A DNA stretch of 28,955 bases, taken from assembly GCA_031425215.1 (NCBI GenBank), contig JANPIW010000852.1, positions 1 through 28,955 of the forward strand. Reading direction: 5' to 3'. The DNA is from Verrucomicrobiaceae bacterium. Its GTDB lineage: Bacteria; Verrucomicrobiota; Verrucomicrobiia; Verrucomicrobiales; Verrucomicrobiaceae. The translations under genes and the position numbers were made by a program. Numbering within the stretch: position 1 is the stretch's first letter; each line of letters opens with the position of its first letter. Below the pieces are notes generated by a model. It made no database searches and had not been told where the DNA came from. It saw nothing but the letters and a program-made list of their open reading frames with translations. Shown here in pieces: positions 6,922 to 16,453 of this stretch.

Positions 6922-7932
6922 TCACTGCTTCGCGGGGATCACCAGCTTCATGCCGTCGCGCATCTTCGCGGGGTCTTTGATCTTGTTGGCTTTGATGAGG
7001 GCATCAATGGAGACGCCGTATTTGGATGCGAGGCGATAGAGCGTCTCACCCTTGGCGAGGACGTGACTTGTGGCGGGCGCAGCGGTTTTGGCGGAAGGCT
7101 TGGCAGCAACTGGCGCGGTGGGTTTGACGATGGGGCGCTTGGCCATCTCGCTGGGTTTGGGGACGGGGTTTGGCGGCGGTGCGATGGATCTGGCCTTGGG
7201 TGTCACGGGCGCGGGCGGCGGTGCGGATTCGATGACCGGCTCGACGGGCGCGGGAGGTTCGGTGGCGGCTACGACGGTTTCATCGAGGCTGTCGATCTTG
7301 GCGAGCATGGGCGCGGGTGGTTCGTCGAGCGGCACGGTGCTGTTGTTCTCCTCGGGCAAAGTGAGGCTCATCGCTGCGGGTGGGACGTTGACGCTGGTGG
7401 TCTCGGCCACTGGCTCAGTGCGAGGTTCGAGCGTGGTGGGCGTGACGGTGGCGGCGGCGGGGAGGCTCTGCGCGATGACGACATCGAGCGGCGCGTCCGC
7501 GATTTTCTCGGGCACGCGGAGGACGGTGCCGGTGGAGATTTGCACGTCATCGCTGCCGAGCTGGTTGAGCGCGACGAAGGCGTCTTTGTCCACGCCGAGG
7601 TGCGCGACGATGCGCGGGACCGAGTCGCCAGATTGCACGGTGTACTTCTGCTCTGTCGAGGGAGCAGCAGCAGCGTTTGCAAGCATCGCTTTTGCTGCTG
7701 GCGCGACGCGGACTTCTTCCTCGCCGCTCTTCGTGAAAAAGTCGTGAAACACAATGCCGCCGACAACGAAGACGTGCAGCACGAGCATGACGACGAAGGT
7801 TCGCGCGACGCCGCTGTTGGGTTCATGCGCGTTCCATTCACCTTCACTCGTGATAGTGGCGGCGACGTGATGGCGGTGCTTCTGGCTGTCGAGGATGTTC
7901 AACAGGAGTTTGGGCTTGGGTTTGGTTTTCAT
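6922..7932 (-). CDS. Bitopic membrane protein with two LysM domains and a long Pro/Ala/Thr/Glu-rich linker, lodged between murD and ftsW.
   Basis: The ORF track runs 6922..8151, but the 5' part overlaps murD in another frame. The first ATG after the murD stop is at 7932 (MKTKPKPK...). A TM segment is ARTFVVMLVLHVFVVGGIVF. LysM-1 is YTVQSGDSVPRIVAHLGV...VLRVP. LysM-2 is the C-terminal HVLAKGETLYRLASKYGVSIDALIKANKI...LVIP. Confidence 0.6.
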   Translation of the reverse strand: MKTKPKPKLLLNILDSQKHRHHVAATITSEGEWNAHEPNSGVARTFVVMLVLHVFVVGGIVFHDFFTKSGEEEVRVAPAAKAMLANAAAAPSTEQKYTVQSGDSVPRIVAHLGVDKDAFVALNQLGSDDVQISTGTVLRVPEKIADAPLDVVIAQSLPAAATVTPTTLEPRTEPVAETTSVNVPPAAMSLTLPEENNSTVPLDEPPAPMLAKIDSLDETVVAATEPPAPVEPVIESAPPPAPVTPKARSIAPPPNPVPKPSEMAKRPIVKPTAPVAAKPSAKTAAPATSHVLAKGETLYRLASKYGVSIDALIKANKIKDPAKMRDGMKLVIPAKQ

Positions 7933-7972
7933 GGGGGCTTTGGGTTTGCGTGGGTTTTTGCGGGACTGTGAA

Positions 7973-9304
7973 TCAGGAAAGTGCGAGCACGGCGTCGCGG
8001 AAGGCATCGCCGCGCTGGGCGTAGCCGGTGTACATGTCGAAGGACGAAGTGCCGGGTGAGAGGATGATGGCATCGCCCGCGCGGGAGAATTCCGTGGCGG
8101 CGCGCACGGCGTCGGCCATGTCGGTGGCGCGGCGGCAGGGGATGAGATCACTGAATTGTTTTTCCAGCGCGGGCGCGATCTCGCCGATGAGCGCCATGGC
8201 GTGGACGCGGCCTGCGATCGTCTCGCGCAACGGTGTGTAATCGAGGCCTTTTTCTTTTCCGCCTGCGATCAAGACGATGGGGCGGTCTTGCGAGCGGATG
8301 CAGCTTTCGAGCGCGTGGAGGTTGGTGGCTTTGCTGTCATTGATGTACTCGCGGTCATTGAAAACACGCACCAGCTCGCAGCGATGGCGCGGCGCCTCGT
8401 AGCTGGCGAGCGTGTCCATCATGTTGGCAAAGTCGAGGCCGAGCAGCCAGCCTGCGGCGACGGCGGCGAGGATGTTCTCCATGTTGTGGCGGCCACGGAG
8501 TTTCACTTTGGATGCGTCGCCGAATTCTATGTCGCGATGCTGGAACTTGCCTGCGGCATAAACAAAATCGGCATCGCTTGTCTCGGATGAAAAGGTCACG
8601 CGACGTGCGGCGATGTCGCCGATGTTTTCTCCAGCGCGGACGATGGCCCAGTCGTCGGCGGTTTGGTTTTCGAAGATGCGGAGCTTGGCTTTGTAGTAGG
8701 ATTCGAGATCGGGATAACGGTCGAGATGATCGGGGGCGAAGTTGAGCCAGATGCTGACCTTGGGACGGAAGGTGTCGATGGTTTCGAGCTGGAAGGAGCT
8801 GACCTCGCAGGAAAGCGTGTCGAACTTTTCGCCCTCGACGATGACCTCGCTCAGCGCTTTGCCGTGATTGCCGCACGGAATGGAAGGACGGCCCGCGCCA
8901 TTGAAGAGCGCGGCGATCAGCTCGGTGCAGGTGCTCTTGCCGTTCGTGCCGGTGATGCCGATGAGCGGTGTGGTGCAAAGAGTGAAACCGAATTCCATCT
9001 CGCCCGTCAGCGGAACTCCGGCGTCGGTGAATTTCTTTGGCAGCGGCCAGTTCGCGTCGAGGCCAGGGCTGATAATGACGAGGTGGAAATCGCCGGGTGC
9101 TACAATTAGCTCTGTGGCGTCTTGGCCGATGACGGTGGGGAATCCTGCTGCGCGTACTTTGGAGACTGCTGCGGCGAGTTTTGTCGGATCGCCCTCGTCG
9201 ATGACGGTCGCGCGTGCGCCGTGCTGCGCGGCGAGGCGCGCGGCGGCGAGACCGCTGCGTCCCGCGCCGAGTATGGCAAAGTGTTGTCCGTCAAAACGAC
9301 CCAT
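7973..9304 (-). CDS. murD: MurD, UDP-N-acetylmuramoylalanine--D-glutamate ligase.
   Basis: Rossmann-type N-terminus FAILGAGRSGLAAARL and Mur ligase motif GTNGKSTCT. The ORF-track start at 9373 is a TTG. The internal ATG at 9304 (MGRFDGQHF...) lies 11 nt after the mraY stop. Confidence 0.85.
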   Translation of the reverse strand: MGRFDGQHFAILGAGRSGLAAARLAAQHGARATVIDEGDPTKLAAAVSKVRAAGFPTVIGQDATELIVAPGDFHLVIISPGLDANWPLPKKFTDAGVPLTGEMEFGFTLCTTPLIGITGTNGKSTCTELIAALFNGAGRPSIPCGNHGKALSEVIVEGEKFDTLSCEVSSFQLETIDTFRPKVSIWLNFAPDHLDRYPDLESYYKAKLRIFENQTADDWAIVRAGENIGDIAARRVTFSSETSDADFVYAAGKFQHRDIEFGDASKVKLRGRHNMENILAAVAAGWLLGLDFANMMDTLASYEAPRHRCELVRVFNDREYINDSKATNLHALESCIRSQDRPIVLIAGGKEKGLDYTPLRETIAGRVHAMALIGEIAPALEKQFSDLIPCRRATDMADAVRAATEFSRAGDAIILSPGTSSFDMYTGYAQRGDAFRDAVLALS

Positions 9305-9315
9305 GTTTTTCTGCG

Positions 9316-10449
9316 TCAGCGAAGTTTGAGCGTGGCGAGCCCGAGCATCGCGAAGATGAGCGAGGCGATCCAAAAGCGTGTGATGACCTGGTTCTCGTGC
9401 CAGCCGCCGAGTTCAAAGTGATGATGGATCGGCGACATGCGGAACACGCGTTTGCCGCGCGTCTTGAAGCTGATCACCTGAATGATGACGCTCATGGCCT
9501 CGCACACGAACACGCCGCCGACGAGGGCGAGGACGATTTCTTGCTTGCAGCCGATGGCGAGGGTGGCGATGCAGCCGCCGAGCGCGAGGCTGCCGGTGTC
9601 ACCCATGAACATTTTTGCCGGATGCGCATTCCACCAGAGGAAGCCGAGGCAGGAGCCAGCGAGCGCCATGGCGACGACGGGCAGTTCGGATGCGAGCGAG
9701 TGATGCGGGATGACGAGGTATTCGGAATACACGGCATTGCTGCAAAGATAGCCGAACGCGGCATACGCGAGCGCGGTGGTGAGAGAGCAACCGGTGGCGA
9801 GTCCGTCAAGGCCGTCGGTGAGGTTCACCGCGTTTGACGCGCCGACGATAATGAGTGCGAAGATCACGACCGCGAATGGCCCCATGTCCCCGATGAGCGC
9901 TTCTTTGAGAAACGGCACATGCAGCGCGCGGAGGTGTCCGTCATTGAGATCCCCAGGGATGCCGTAGGCGAAGAACATTCCGGCGGCGAAGGCGACGCCA
10001 AACTGCCACACGAGCTTGAAGCGCGCGCTGACGCCTTTGGAGTTCTTCTTGCTGATCTTCAAATAGTCATCCCAGAAACCGAGGGCGCCGAGGCCGATGG
10101 TGGTGAGCAGCACGGCCCAGACCACGGGGTTGCTCCATTTCATCCAGAGCAGCGACGAGATGACGACGGAGCCGAGAATGAGGATGCCGCCCATCGTGGG
10201 TGTGCCGGCTTTTTTGCCGTGCAGTTCGAAAAGTTTGTTCACCTCCGCGGCACTGCGGATGGGCTGGCCGATCTTGAGCGAGATGAGTTTGCGGATGAGC
10301 GGCTCGCCATACATGATGGAGAGCATGAATGCGGTGACGACCGCGCCACCCGCGCGAAAAGTGTGGTAGCGGAAGACGTTGAGCAGCTTGTAAATGAAGC
10401 CGTCGGGAGAGGAGAACAGGTCTCGATGTTCGAAGAGCCAGTAGATCAT
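9316..10449 (-). CDS. mraY: MraY, phospho-N-acetylmuramoyl-pentapeptide transferase.
   Basis: MIYWLFEHRDLF...FRAGGAVVTAF... and NAVNLTDGLDGLA are present. The long Arg-rich upstream part of the 536-aa ORF is an artefact. The start at 10449 overlaps the murF stop (ATGA). Confidence 0.9.
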   Translation of the reverse strand: MIYWLFEHRDLFSSPDGFIYKLLNVFRYHTFRAGGAVVTAFMLSIMYGEPLIRKLISLKIGQPIRSAAEVNKLFELHGKKAGTPTMGGILILGSVVISSLLWMKWSNPVVWAVLLTTIGLGALGFWDDYLKISKKNSKGVSARFKLVWQFGVAFAAGMFFAYGIPGDLNDGHLRALHVPFLKEALIGDMGPFAVVIFALIIVGASNAVNLTDGLDGLATGCSLTTALAYAAFGYLCSNAVYSEYLVIPHHSLASELPVVAMALAGSCLGFLWWNAHPAKMFMGDTGSLALGGCIATLAIGCKQEIVLALVGGVFVCEAMSVIIQVISFKTRGKRVFRMSPIHHHFELGGWHENQVITRFWIASLIFAMLGLATLKLR

Positions 10450-11813
10450 GATGCGCGGAAATGAGTGAGAACTTTCTCCATGCCAGCGGAGCGGCTGCCT
10501 TTGAGAAGGACGGTGTCGCCAGGTGCGAGGAAGGCGCGGAGGTGCGCGGCGCAGTCGGAGTGGGAAGCAAAATGCTGCGTGGTGAGCGATGAGGACGCGG
10601 CGGTGGAAATGAGCGAGGATTCGTTGTCGCCGACGGTGAAGAGGGCGTTGAGGTGGGTGCGCGCGGCGAATTCTCCGAGGGCGCGGTGCTCGGGTTCGGC
10701 GTGGATGCCGAGTTCGCCCATGCGACCGAGGACGGCGACGCGGCGGCCGTTGGTGTTGATGCTCGAGAGTGTTTGCAGGCCGGCGCGCATGGAGTCGGGG
10801 TTGGCGTTGTAGCTGTCGTCGAGGAAGGTGATGCCGTTGATGGTTTTGGTTTCGAGACGGCCGCCAGTAAGCGTGACGTTGCGCAGCGCGTCGCCGATGA
10901 CTTCGGGTGCGATGCCGTGTTTCCATCCGGTGGCTGCGGCGAGCGCAGCGTTGCCGACCATGTGCTGGCCGGGGATGGGGAGAAAAGTGGCGACGCGCTC
11001 GCCGCCAAAGTCGAGCGTGAAGGATGTGCCATCAGCGCGCTGATCGAGATCGAGCGCGGCGATGTCGCCAGTGCCGATGCCTGCGGTGATGACGTTGGCT
11101 TTGCAGCGTGCGGCGATGGAGGCGGTGAAGTCATCGTTTGCATTGAGCACGACGGTACCGCTGGCGGGGACGGCTTCGGCGAGCGTGCCCTTCTCGATGG
11201 CGATGGCTTCGCGCGTGCCCATGTACTCGATGTGCGCGACGCCGACGTTGGTGATGATGGCGGCGTCAGGCGCGGCGATGTCAGCGAGGATTTTGATTTC
11301 GCCTGGATGGTTCATGCCCATCTCGAGGACGGCGCAATTGTTGCCTTCCGAAAGGCAGAGGATGGTGAGCGGTAGTCCGATGTGGTTGTTGAGATTGCCG
11401 AGCGTGGCGCACACGCTGAAGGCGCGCGACATGACGGCTTTGGTGAAATCCTTGGTGGAGGTCTTGCCGTTGCTGCCGGTGATGCCGATGACGCGTGGTG
11501 CGTGATGGAGGCGGTAGTGGTGGGCGAGGCGCTGGAGCGCCAGGAGGGTGTCGGGGACTTCGATGATGGTGCAGGGGAGCGCTGTTGTAGCGCTGTCAGC
11601 TTTGCTGACGATGATCGCGGCTGCGCCTGCTTGCGCGACTTGGGGGAGGAAGTTGTGCGCGTTGAATTTGTCGCCGACGAGCGCGATGAAAACGTCACCC
11701 TGTTTGATGGCGCGGGAGTCGGTGCTGACGCTCGTGACCATGCGCGTGGCGTCACCGGAGCGGATGATACCGCCGGCGAGGTCTGCGATGATGGTGAGCG
11801 GAATCGATTTCAT
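10446..11813 (-). CDS. murF: MurF, UDP-MurNAc-tripeptide--D-Ala-D-Ala ligase.
   Basis: GITGSNGKTSTK motif and MurF-like N-terminus. The ATG at 11813 overlaps the murE stop (ATGA). Confidence 0.85.
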   Translation of the reverse strand: MKSIPLTIIADLAGGIIRSGDATRMVTSVSTDSRAIKQGDVFIALVGDKFNAHNFLPQVAQAGAAAIIVSKADSATTALPCTIIEVPDTLLALQRLAHHYRLHHAPRVIGITGSNGKTSTKDFTKAVMSRAFSVCATLGNLNNHIGLPLTILCLSEGNNCAVLEMGMNHPGEIKILADIAAPDAAIITNVGVAHIEYMGTREAIAIEKGTLAEAVPASGTVVLNANDDFTASIAARCKANVITAGIGTGDIAALDLDQRADGTSFTLDFGGERVATFLPIPGQHMVGNAALAAATGWKHGIAPEVIGDALRNVTLTGGRLETKTINGITFLDDSYNANPDSMRAGLQTLSSINTNGRRVAVLGRMGELGIHAEPEHRALGEFAARTHLNALFTVGDNESSLISTAASSSLTTQHFASHSDCAAHLRAFLAPGDTVLLKGSRSAGMEKVLTHFRAS

Positions 11814-13300
11814 TCCTGGTAGTCTTCGTCGCGGGTGGATTTGAGCTGGCTGATGATGTTCTTCGCGATGCGGCGATCATCGAAGGGGGTGCGCTTGCCG
11901 TGGACTTCCTGGTAGGTCTCGTGGCCCTTCCCTGCGATGAGGACGATGTCGCCGTCGCGGGCGAGTTCGAGGGCGGCGCGGATGGCGGTTTTTCGGTCGG
12001 GGATTTCTCCGTGGCCGGCGCGGGTGAAGCCTTTTTTCGCATCGGCGATGATGGACTGCGGGTCTTCGGTGCGCGGGTTGTCGGAGGTGAGGACGCAGAG
12101 GTCGCTGCCTTCCTCGGCGGCGCGCGCCATGAGGGGGCGCTTGAGTTTGTCACGATCTCCACCGCAGCCGAACACGGTGATGATGCGGGAGGGCTTGAGC
12201 GCGCGGAGAGTGCGGAGCACGCTCATTATTGCGTCGGGCGTGTGGGCGTAGTCGACAAAAACCTGGCAGCGCTCTTTGTCAGTGATGCGTTCGAGGCGGC
12301 CGGGGACTTGCGGCGCGGCTTTGAGATGATTGATGCTCTCGCGGAGGTTGAGGCCCATGGCGTGAGCGGCGGCGATGACGGCGAGAGAGTTGGCGACATT
12401 GAAGTCGCCGATGAGCGGGATGCGCACGAGGAAGGAGCGGCCGCGCGCGTCGAGTTCGAATGTGGTGCCGCTCATGTCATAGCGGACGTTCGATGCGCGG
12501 AAGTCGAGGCCGTAGCCCTGGCCGTAGGTGCTGACGCGTTTGGTGTGTTCGAATTGTTTGATGAGCTTCCGGCCCCATGCGTCATCCGCGTTGATGATCA
12601 TCTGGCCTTTGCCGGCATCGGCGACGTTTTGAAACAGCAGTGTCTTGGCGGCGAAGTAGTCGTCCATCGTGCCGTGGTAATCGAGATGATCCTGCGTGAG
12701 GTTTGTGAAAATGGCGGCGGCGAACGGGATGCCGTGGGTGCGCTGCTGGTGGAGCGCATGGGAGGATGTCTCGATGGCGACGGCGCGGCAGCCGTTGGTT
12801 TGCATCGTGGCGAAGAGCGACATCAGCTCGAGCGACTCGGGCGTGGTGTGCGTGGCGGGGACTTGCTCACCGCCAAGGTCGTAAAACATGGTGCCGATCA
12901 ATCCGGCCTGCACTTGCGCGGCGTTGAGCAGGTAGTGAAGGAGAAAGGCGATGGTGCTTTTTCCATTCGTGCCGGTGATGGCGGCGATGCTAAGCGCGCG
13001 CTCGGGATGCGCGTAAAACGTGGCGGCGATCTGGGCGAGGGCGACGCGGGAATTTTTGACATGCACCCAGGGCACGGTGGCATCAGCGGGTGGGGCGCTT
13101 TCGGCGATGATGGCGGACGCGCCTGCTTTCAATGCGGTGGGGATGAATTCATTCGCGTCGAGCTTTGAGCCGCGAATGGCGACGAAGGCGGTGCCGGGGG
13201 CGACCATGCGGGAGTCGTACGCAATGGCGGTAATCTCGGTGTCGAGGCTGCCGGATGCGACGGGCTTGTCGAGATCGGTGATGAGATCGCGCAGGGTCAT
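11810..13300 (-). CDS. murE: MurE, UDP-MurNAc-L-Ala-D-Glu--2,6-diaminopimelate ligase.
   Basis: GTNGKSTIAF, and the DNPR motif (TSDNPRTEDP) typical of meso-DAP-adding MurE. The ATG at 13300 overlaps the ftsI stop. Confidence 0.85.
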   Translation of the reverse strand: MTLRDLITDLDKPVASGSLDTEITAIAYDSRMVAPGTAFVAIRGSKLDANEFIPTALKAGASAIIAESAPPADATVPWVHVKNSRVALAQIAATFYAHPERALSIAAITGTNGKSTIAFLLHYLLNAAQVQAGLIGTMFYDLGGEQVPATHTTPESLELMSLFATMQTNGCRAVAIETSSHALHQQRTHGIPFAAAIFTNLTQDHLDYHGTMDDYFAAKTLLFQNVADAGKGQMIINADDAWGRKLIKQFEHTKRVSTYGQGYGLDFRASNVRYDMSGTTFELDARGRSFLVRIPLIGDFNVANSLAVIAAAHAMGLNLRESINHLKAAPQVPGRLERITDKERCQVFVDYAHTPDAIMSVLRTLRALKPSRIITVFGCGGDRDKLKRPLMARAAEEGSDLCVLTSDNPRTEDPQSIIADAKKGFTRAGHGEIPDRKTAIRAALELARDGDIVLIAGKGHETYQEVHGKRTPFDDRRIAKNIISQLKSTRDEDYQE

Positions 13301-15168
13301 TGGGCGTCACCTCCCGGTGCATCCACGCGGACGACGAAGGAGCGCTCCGAGTGAACGGAGAGCTGATCGAGCGCTGCGCGCACGACCTCGGAGAAAATGG
13401 GCGCGGCGACGGTGCCGCCGAAGATGTCCTCGGTGCCAGCTTTCGGATCATCGACGACGACGACGCAGGCGATGCGCGGGTCCTCGGCCGGCGCGAAGCC
13501 TGCGAATGATGCGATGTAGTGGCCGTCTTGATAACCTTTCGTGGCCTCGTCGTAGCGCCAGGCGGTGCCTGTTTTACCGGCGACGGTGATGCCTTCGATG
13601 GCGGCTTTTTTTCCGGTGGTCTCGGTGACGACTTTGCAGAGCATCTTGTTGATCTGCGCGATGGTGCGCGCTTTGCAGATCTGATGCTGCGGCATGGAGG
13701 GTGTGACGCGGATGTTTTCTCCATCGGCGGAGACGACGCGGTCGATGAGTCGGGGCTTCATGAGCACGCCGCCATTGGCAAAGGCGCCGATGACCATGGC
13801 GAGCTGCAACGGTGTGACGCTGACCTCGTAGCCCATGGCCATGCGCGACATGGTTGTGCCGGACCAGTTGTCAAATTTCACGAGGCCGGTGCCTTCGCCT
13901 TTGAGACCAATGCCGGTTTTTTGTCCGAAACCGAAGCGCCAGATGTAGGCGAGGAAGTCGTCCTGGCCTACGGTGCGCGCGACTTTGTAGGCGCCGATGT
14001 TGCTGGAGTGGACGAGGATGGTTTCGACGCTTCCATTCGCGAGCGGGTGGTGATCGGTGAGTTTGATTTTTTGCGCCGGCTCCTCGTAGTAGCCGTTGTT
14101 GAGCGCGAATGAGGTGTCGGGCGCGACTTTGCCGAGATCGAGCGCGGCGGCGAGGGTGACGAGCTTGAAGGTGGAGCCTGGCTCGTACGGATCGGAGATG
14201 GCGAGGTTGCGGAGCATTCCGCTTTTGCTGTCGCGCTCGTAGTGCGGGCGGCTGGCCATGGCAAGGATGGAGCCGGTGCGCGGGTCGGTGATGATGATGG
14301 TGAGTTTTTTCGGCGACCAGATCGCGCACTGCTGCTCGATGACCTGCTCGACATAATCCTGGAGGCTCATGTCGATGGTGAGGTAGGTGTCGCTGCCGTG
14401 TTTTGGCTCGATGACTTTGCCGCGGTAGAGGGGCAGCTCGCGGCCTTTGTTGTCGCGCTCGATCCATTGCTCGCCGTCGGTGCCGTCGAGGTCGGTGTCC
14501 ATCATGGCCTCGACGCCCCATGCGCCGCCGTGGGAGAAATTCATGTCGCCGAGCACATGCGTGAGGCGCTCTTTTGCCGGGTAGGCGCGCTGGAATGTGG
14601 GGCGAAGATAGACGCCGGTGATGTGGCGCTCGGCGAGAAGCTTGCGCCAGGTCGCGGCTTCTTCGTCGGTGAAGATGCCTGGGAAAACGGTGACGGGTTT
14701 TTTTGACGCGAGCATCATGCGCGCAGTGTCGAGCGGCATCTGGAGATCGGGCGCGATCGTGGTGGCGACGTGCTCGCGGTAGGCGGCGTTGATCTGCTCA
14801 TCAGACATTTCTTTGCGCAGATCAGCGACGGTGGTGCCGCGGATGGTAGCGAGCTTGCGGCGCACGAGATGTTTTTCATCGAGGTGGACGCGGTCGATGT
14901 ACAACTCGTGGACGGTCTCGTCGTGGGCGAGCAGCTCGCCGTCGCGATCACGGATGGAGCCGCGATGCGCAGGGAGCGGCTGATGGAGCTGTCTCATGCG
15001 CGCGGCCAGCTCGGAAAACTCGGCGTGCTGGCGGACGTGAAGAAAGTACAGGCGCGCGGTGACGGCGGTGAAGCCGAGCACGAGCACGCTGGTGACGACG
15101 CACATGCGCGCGCGGACATGGCGGTCGCGTTTGATGATGTCGAGATTGGGTTTGAGCGGAGGATTCAC
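13297..15168 (-). CDS. ftsI: Class B penicillin-binding protein (FtsI/PBP3-type transpeptidase).
   Basis: N-terminal TM, a PBP dimerisation region, and transpeptidase motifs (STFK, SSN, KTGTA). The start is a GTG at 15168 in GTGA overlap with ftsL; an internal ATG is the alternative (MCVVTSV...). Confidence 0.8.
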   Translation of the reverse strand: MNPPLKPNLDIIKRDRHVRARMCVVTSVLVLGFTAVTARLYFLHVRQHAEFSELAARMRQLHQPLPAHRGSIRDRDGELLAHDETVHELYIDRVHLDEKHLVRRKLATIRGTTVADLRKEMSDEQINAAYREHVATTIAPDLQMPLDTARMMLASKKPVTVFPGIFTDEEAATWRKLLAERHITGVYLRPTFQRAYPAKERLTHVLGDMNFSHGGAWGVEAMMDTDLDGTDGEQWIERDNKGRELPLYRGKVIEPKHGSDTYLTIDMSLQDYVEQVIEQQCAIWSPKKLTIIITDPRTGSILAMASRPHYERDSKSGMLRNLAISDPYEPGSTFKLVTLAAALDLGKVAPDTSFALNNGYYEEPAQKIKLTDHHPLANGSVETILVHSSNIGAYKVARTVGQDDFLAYIWRFGFGQKTGIGLKGEGTGLVKFDNWSGTTMSRMAMGYEVSVTPLQLAMVIGAFANGGVLMKPRLIDRVVSADGENIRVTPSMPQHQICKARTIAQINKMLCKVVTETTGKKAAIEGITVAGKTGTAWRYDEATKGYQDGHYIASFAGFAPAEDPRIACVVVVDDPKAGTEDIFGGTVAAPIFSEVVRAALDQLSVHSERSFVVRVDAPGGDAQ

Positions 15169-15515
15169 GGCGAGGTGCGGGCCACGTCTGCTGTCGCGGG
15201 CGGCGGGATGGGCGGCAGGTAGATGAGCCTGTCTTTGGTGATGGGACGAAGGAGGGTGCGCGCATTGGCGAGACGTGGCTGCACTTTGTCGCGCGTGAGG
15301 AGGCTCTCGATGCGGAGGTCGAGTGCGGAGATTTCTTGATTGAGCAGTTTCACTTCTTTTTCGAGCTCGCGCTGCTGGTCGGAGAGCGCGTGGGCGAAGT
15401 TTTGATGATGCACCATGCCGAGGGCGATGCTGATGAGCACGGCGGTGACGATCACGAGCGCGATGACCGTGGGCAGGCGGATGCCGTTGCGATAGCGGTG
15501 GCGGTTGCGGCTCAT
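15165..15515 (-). CDS. ftsL: FtsL-like bitopic cell-division protein.
   Basis: 116 aa with a basic N-terminus, one TM (LPTVIALVIVTAVLISIALGMV) and a coiled-coil (QQRELEKEVKLLNQEISALDLRIESL). It sits between rsmH and ftsI. The ATG at 15515 overlaps the rsmH stop. Confidence 0.55.
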   Translation of the reverse strand: MSRNRHRYRNGIRLPTVIALVIVTAVLISIALGMVHHQNFAHALSDQQRELEKEVKLLNQEISALDLRIESLLTRDKVQPRLANARTLLRPITKDRLIYLPPIPPPATADVARTSP

Positions 15516-16453
15516 GGCAGTTTCTCTGCGGCGCGCAGTCGGGCGCTGCGCGAGCGCGGGTTGCGGTTGGATTCCTCGGGCGATGGCTCCTGCGGTTTGC
15601 GCGTGATGAGCCTCATGCAGTAGTCAGGATTCGGCCGCGGCTCAGGCCACTCGGGGCGGTCATTCATCTGCTTGCTCACATGATGAAACGCCTGCTTCAC
15701 GATGCGGTCTTCGAGGCTGTGAAATGAAATGGCGAGCAGCACGCCGCCGGGTTTCAACCAGCGCGGCGCGGCTTCGAGAAACTGCTGCAGCGCCGCCAGC
15801 TCATCATTCACCGCGATGCGCAGCGCCTGAAACGTGAGCGTCGCGGGATGACGGCGGCCTTTGCCGCGACCGATGGCACCAACGATCACGGCGACGAGAT
15901 CGAAGGTGGTGAGGATTGGGTTCTTATCACGCGCACGAACGATGGCGCGGGCGATGCGGCGGGCTTGCGGCTCTTCGCCGTATTCGCGCAGGATGCGCTC
16001 GATCTCGTCGGCATCCTCCATGTTCACGATGTCAGCGGCGGAGCGCGCGGCGCGTCCATCCATGCGGAGATCGAGCGGACCGTCGTGCTGAAACGAAAAT
16101 CCGCGCGCAGGCTCGTCGAGCTGATGACTCGATACACCGAGATCGACGATCATGCCGTCGAAGCCCGTCACGCCCGTCTCAGCGAGGATCTCGGGAAAGT
16201 GGCGGAAATTTCCATGCAACGCGCAGAAGCGATCACCGAAAGCGCTCAGCCGTTTCGAAGCGTGACGGATCGCATTCGCATCCTGATCCATCGACACCAC
16301 ACGCGCGCCCTCTTGCAGCAGCGCTTCGGAGTGCCCGCCCCCGCCGAGCGTCCCATCAAAAAACAAACGGCCAGGCGCGGGCCGGAAATATTTCACGACC
16401 TCGGCAAGCATCACGGAGTCGTGATAAAAATCGAGCTTGCCGCGCAGGCTCAT
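15512..16453 (-). CDS. rsmH: RsmH (MraW), 16S rRNA m4C1402 methyltransferase.
   Basis: HDSVMLAEVVKYFRPAPGRLFFDGTLGGGGHSEALL. The ORF track extends to 16756, but the upstream 100 codons are low-complexity G/D-rich with atypical A/T-ending codons, so the start is taken at ATG 16453. Confidence 0.8.
   Translation of the reverse strand: MSLRGKLDFYHDSVMLAEVVKYFRPAPGRLFFDGTLGGGGHSEALLQEGARVVSMDQDANAIRHASKRLSAFGDRFCALHGNFRHFPEILAETGVTGFDGMIVDLGVSSHQLDEPARGFSFQHDGPLDLRMDGRAARSAADIVNMEDADEIERILREYGEEPQARRIARAIVRARDKNPILTTFDLVAVIVGAIGRGKGRRHPATLTFQALRIAVNDELAALQQFLEAAPRWLKPGGVLLAISFHSLEDRIVKQAFHHVSKQMNDRPEWPEPRPNPDYCMRLITRKPQEPSPEESNRNPRSRSARLRAAEKLP

Noticed and set aside
10067-13168. Long antisense ORFs over mraY/murF/murE (10067..11143 -, 10653..11375 +, 11900..13168 +).
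   Set aside because: They are in the opposite strand or a different frame of Mur ligase genes with canonical motifs. Low-complexity Pro/Ser/Ala-rich translations.
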